The translations under genes and the position numbers were made by a program. A stretch of 62,919 bases of DNA from Candidatus Planktophila sp. (GTDB lineage Bacteria; Actinomycetota; Actinomycetes; Nanopelagicales; Nanopelagicaceae): the NCBI GenBank assembly GCA_044239085.1, contig JBIICC010000001.1:1-62919 (forward strand), written 5' to 3'. This document shows, in pieces, positions 61,136-62,919 of this stretch. Numbering within the stretch: position 1 is the stretch's first letter; each line of letters opens with the position of its first letter. A model generated the notes under the pieces. The model did not search any database. It was not told where the DNA came from and worked only from the letters and a program-made list of their open reading frames with translations.

Positions 61136-62446
61136 ATGGCTCTGAAGCTTTCCGTAATCGGCGTTGGCTACCTTGGCGCAACACATGCAGCATGTATGTC
61201 CTCACTTGGCTTTGATGTCACTGGAGTAGATACAGATCAGAGCAAGGTAGATCTTCTATCTAAAGGTGAGCTCCCCTTCTATGAACCTGGTCTCGACACA
61301 CTTCTGGCTACCGAGATCAAAACAGGGCGCCTTCGTTTTACTACTGATTTCTCAGCAATAGCAGATGCAGATATTCACTTTATCTGTGTAGGTACACCAC
61401 AGAGCAAAGATGGATTAGCAGCAGATCTCAGCTACGTTATGGCCTCTGTTGCAGCAATCGCTCCTCATCTTAAAGAAGGTTCGCTTGTAGTCGGTAAATC
61501 CACAGTCCCTGTTGGTACTGCGCAACTCTTACGCGATCAGCTTGTGCTCTCAGCTCCGCAGGCAGATTTAGCCTGGAACCCAGAATTCTTGCGTGAAGGT
61601 TTTGCAGTCGAAGATACCTTGAGGCCAAATCGACTTGTTGTTGGCGTTACAAATGACCGAGCCGAAGCGATTCTCAAAGAAGTTTACAAGCCAATTACAG
61701 ACCTTGGTACTCCTTGGATCCGCGCCGATCTTCCAACGGCAGAGTTAGTTAAGGTGGCGGCCAACTCATTCTTGGCGACAAAGATTTCATTTATTAATGC
61801 GATGGCTGAAGTCTGCGAAGCAGCCGGTGGCGATGTCACAGTTCTAGCAAAGGCTATTGGGTATGACCCACGAATCGGAAGCCGATTCCTTCAAGCTGGT
61901 ATTGGATTTGGTGGCGGATGTCTTCCAAAAGATATTCGCGCATTTATGGCTCGTGCACAGGAACTCGGTGCCAACCAAGCACTTGAATTTTTACGCGAAA
62001 TTGATGCAATTAATCTACGTGCACGTCAACGAGTCATTGATGTCGTGAGAGCAGATCTCTCTGAAGATTTAACGCAGTATAAAATTGCCGTACTTGGTGC
62101 AACCTTTAAACCCGATAGTGACGATGTTCGTGACTCTCCAGCGCTTGATATCGCAGCTCAATTACAGGCCGCTGGCGCCACAGTTGTCGTTCATGATCCT
62201 AAAGGTATTGAGCCTGCTCGCAAACGTTTCCCTAATCTTGATTACCAAGAGAAGGTCACTGATGCCGTAAAGGGTGCCGATGCAATCTTGCACTTAACTG
62301 AATGGAAAGAGTATCGAGAGCTTGATCCTTCAGTGATTGGTCAACTTGTTAAAAGTAAGTTTCTGATTGATGGAAGAAATATGCTTGATAGAGATAAGTG
62401 GCGCTCTGCTGGCTGGCGTTTTCACGCGCTAGGTAGAACTGATTAG
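61136..62446 (+). CDS. ugd: UDP-glucose/GDP-mannose dehydrogenase
   Basis: [33 protein letters not shown]. Confidence 0.92.
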   Translation: MALKLSVIGVGYLGATHAACMSSLGFDVTGVDTDQSKVDLLSKGELPFYEPGLDTLLATEIKTGRLRFTTDFSAIADADIHFICVGTPQSKDGLAADLSYVMASVAAIAPHLKEGSLVVGKSTVPVGTAQLLRDQLVLSAPQADLAWNPEFLREGFAVEDTLRPNRLVVGVTNDRAEAILKEVYKPITDLGTPWIRADLPTAELVKVAANSFLATKISFINAMAEVCEAAGGDVTVLAKAIGYDPRIGSRFLQAGIGFGGGCLPKDIRAFMARAQELGANQALEFLREIDAINLRARQRVIDVVRADLSEDLTQYKIAVLGATFKPDSDDVRDSPALDIAAQLQAAGATVVVHDPKGIEPARKRFPNLDYQEKVTDAVKGADAILHLTEWKEYRELDPSVIGQLVKSKFLIDGRNMLDRDKWRSAGWRFHALGRTD

Positions 62447-62919
62447 AAACCAGTTTTCTGGTTGCGGCGTGCGTTAAGCGCAGCACCTTTAGCCTTAGCC
62501 TCTTCATTAATCTCTTTTAACGCCTCTTCAACTTTTGCTGAAATGGCTGCATCAGAAATTCCTAAGATTCGTGCAGCAAGGATTCCTGCATTCTTAGCAT
62601 TTCCTACTCCAACAGTTGCAACTGGAATTCCCGCAGGCATCTGAACTATCGAAAGTAATGAGTCCATGCCATCGAGATTCTTTAGAGGGACAGGCACACC
62701 AATAACGGGCAGCGGAGTAAGTGATGCAACCATGCCAGGTAGGTGAGCTGCTCCCCCGGCTCCAGCGATAATCACTTTGAAACCTTTCGCCTTCGCTTTC
62801 TGCGAGAACTCAACCATCTCAAGTGGCATACGGTGGGCAGAAACTACATCCACCTCATATGAAATTCCGAGTGAATCGAGAACTTTTGCAGCTTCTTCCA
62901 TAACGGGCCAATCAGAGTC
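62443..62919 (-). CDS. purE: N5-CAIR mutase PurE, 5' end outside window
   Basis: [27 protein letters not shown]; frame open to window edge. Confidence 0.96.
   Translation of the reverse strand, partial: DSDWPVMEEAAKVLDSLGISYEVDVVSAHRMPLEMVEFSQKAKAKGFKVIIAGAGGAAHLPGMVASLTPLPVIGVPVPLKNLDGMDSLLSIVQMPAGIPVATVGVGNAKNAGILAARILGISDAAISAKVEEALKEINEEAKAKGAALNARRNQKTGF

Overview
A 62.9 kb chromosomal window from a streamlined actinobacterium. WhiB1/WhiB2, MtrAB, PdtaS, mshB, DUF3117/DUF3499/DUF3107, moderate GC and near-zero intergenic space suggest the freshwater acI/Nanopelagicales lineage (inference). Positions 1-6745 are an AT-richer catabolic cassette: a Dpp/Opp-type ABC transporter, an epimerase-fold protein, a PIG-L deacetylase and a GntR regulator. 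It ends against a C-terminal remnant of rbsD. Positions 7-19 kb hold mixed metabolic genes, a PhoP-like two-component module with a secreted partner, and a short HPF. The rest is core actinobacterial gene order with deletions (lpqB, hpf, fbiAB, sigE-rseA, dapE not at their usual loci). Main signals: (1) about 23 genes have a TANNNT box 6-7 nt before the start codon, implying pervasive leaderless transcription; (2) a CysRS with an extra ~70-aa N-terminal SH3-like domain next to mshB/moeZ; (3) a stand-alone sigma region-4 protein; (4) a short-type AhcY with a twin-hairpin leader; (5) structured whiB2 and hpf upstream regions; (6) two small ORFs missed by the ORF track. No CRISPR, IS, integrase or phage genes were seen. 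All assignments come from motif recognition by eye; no searches were run.
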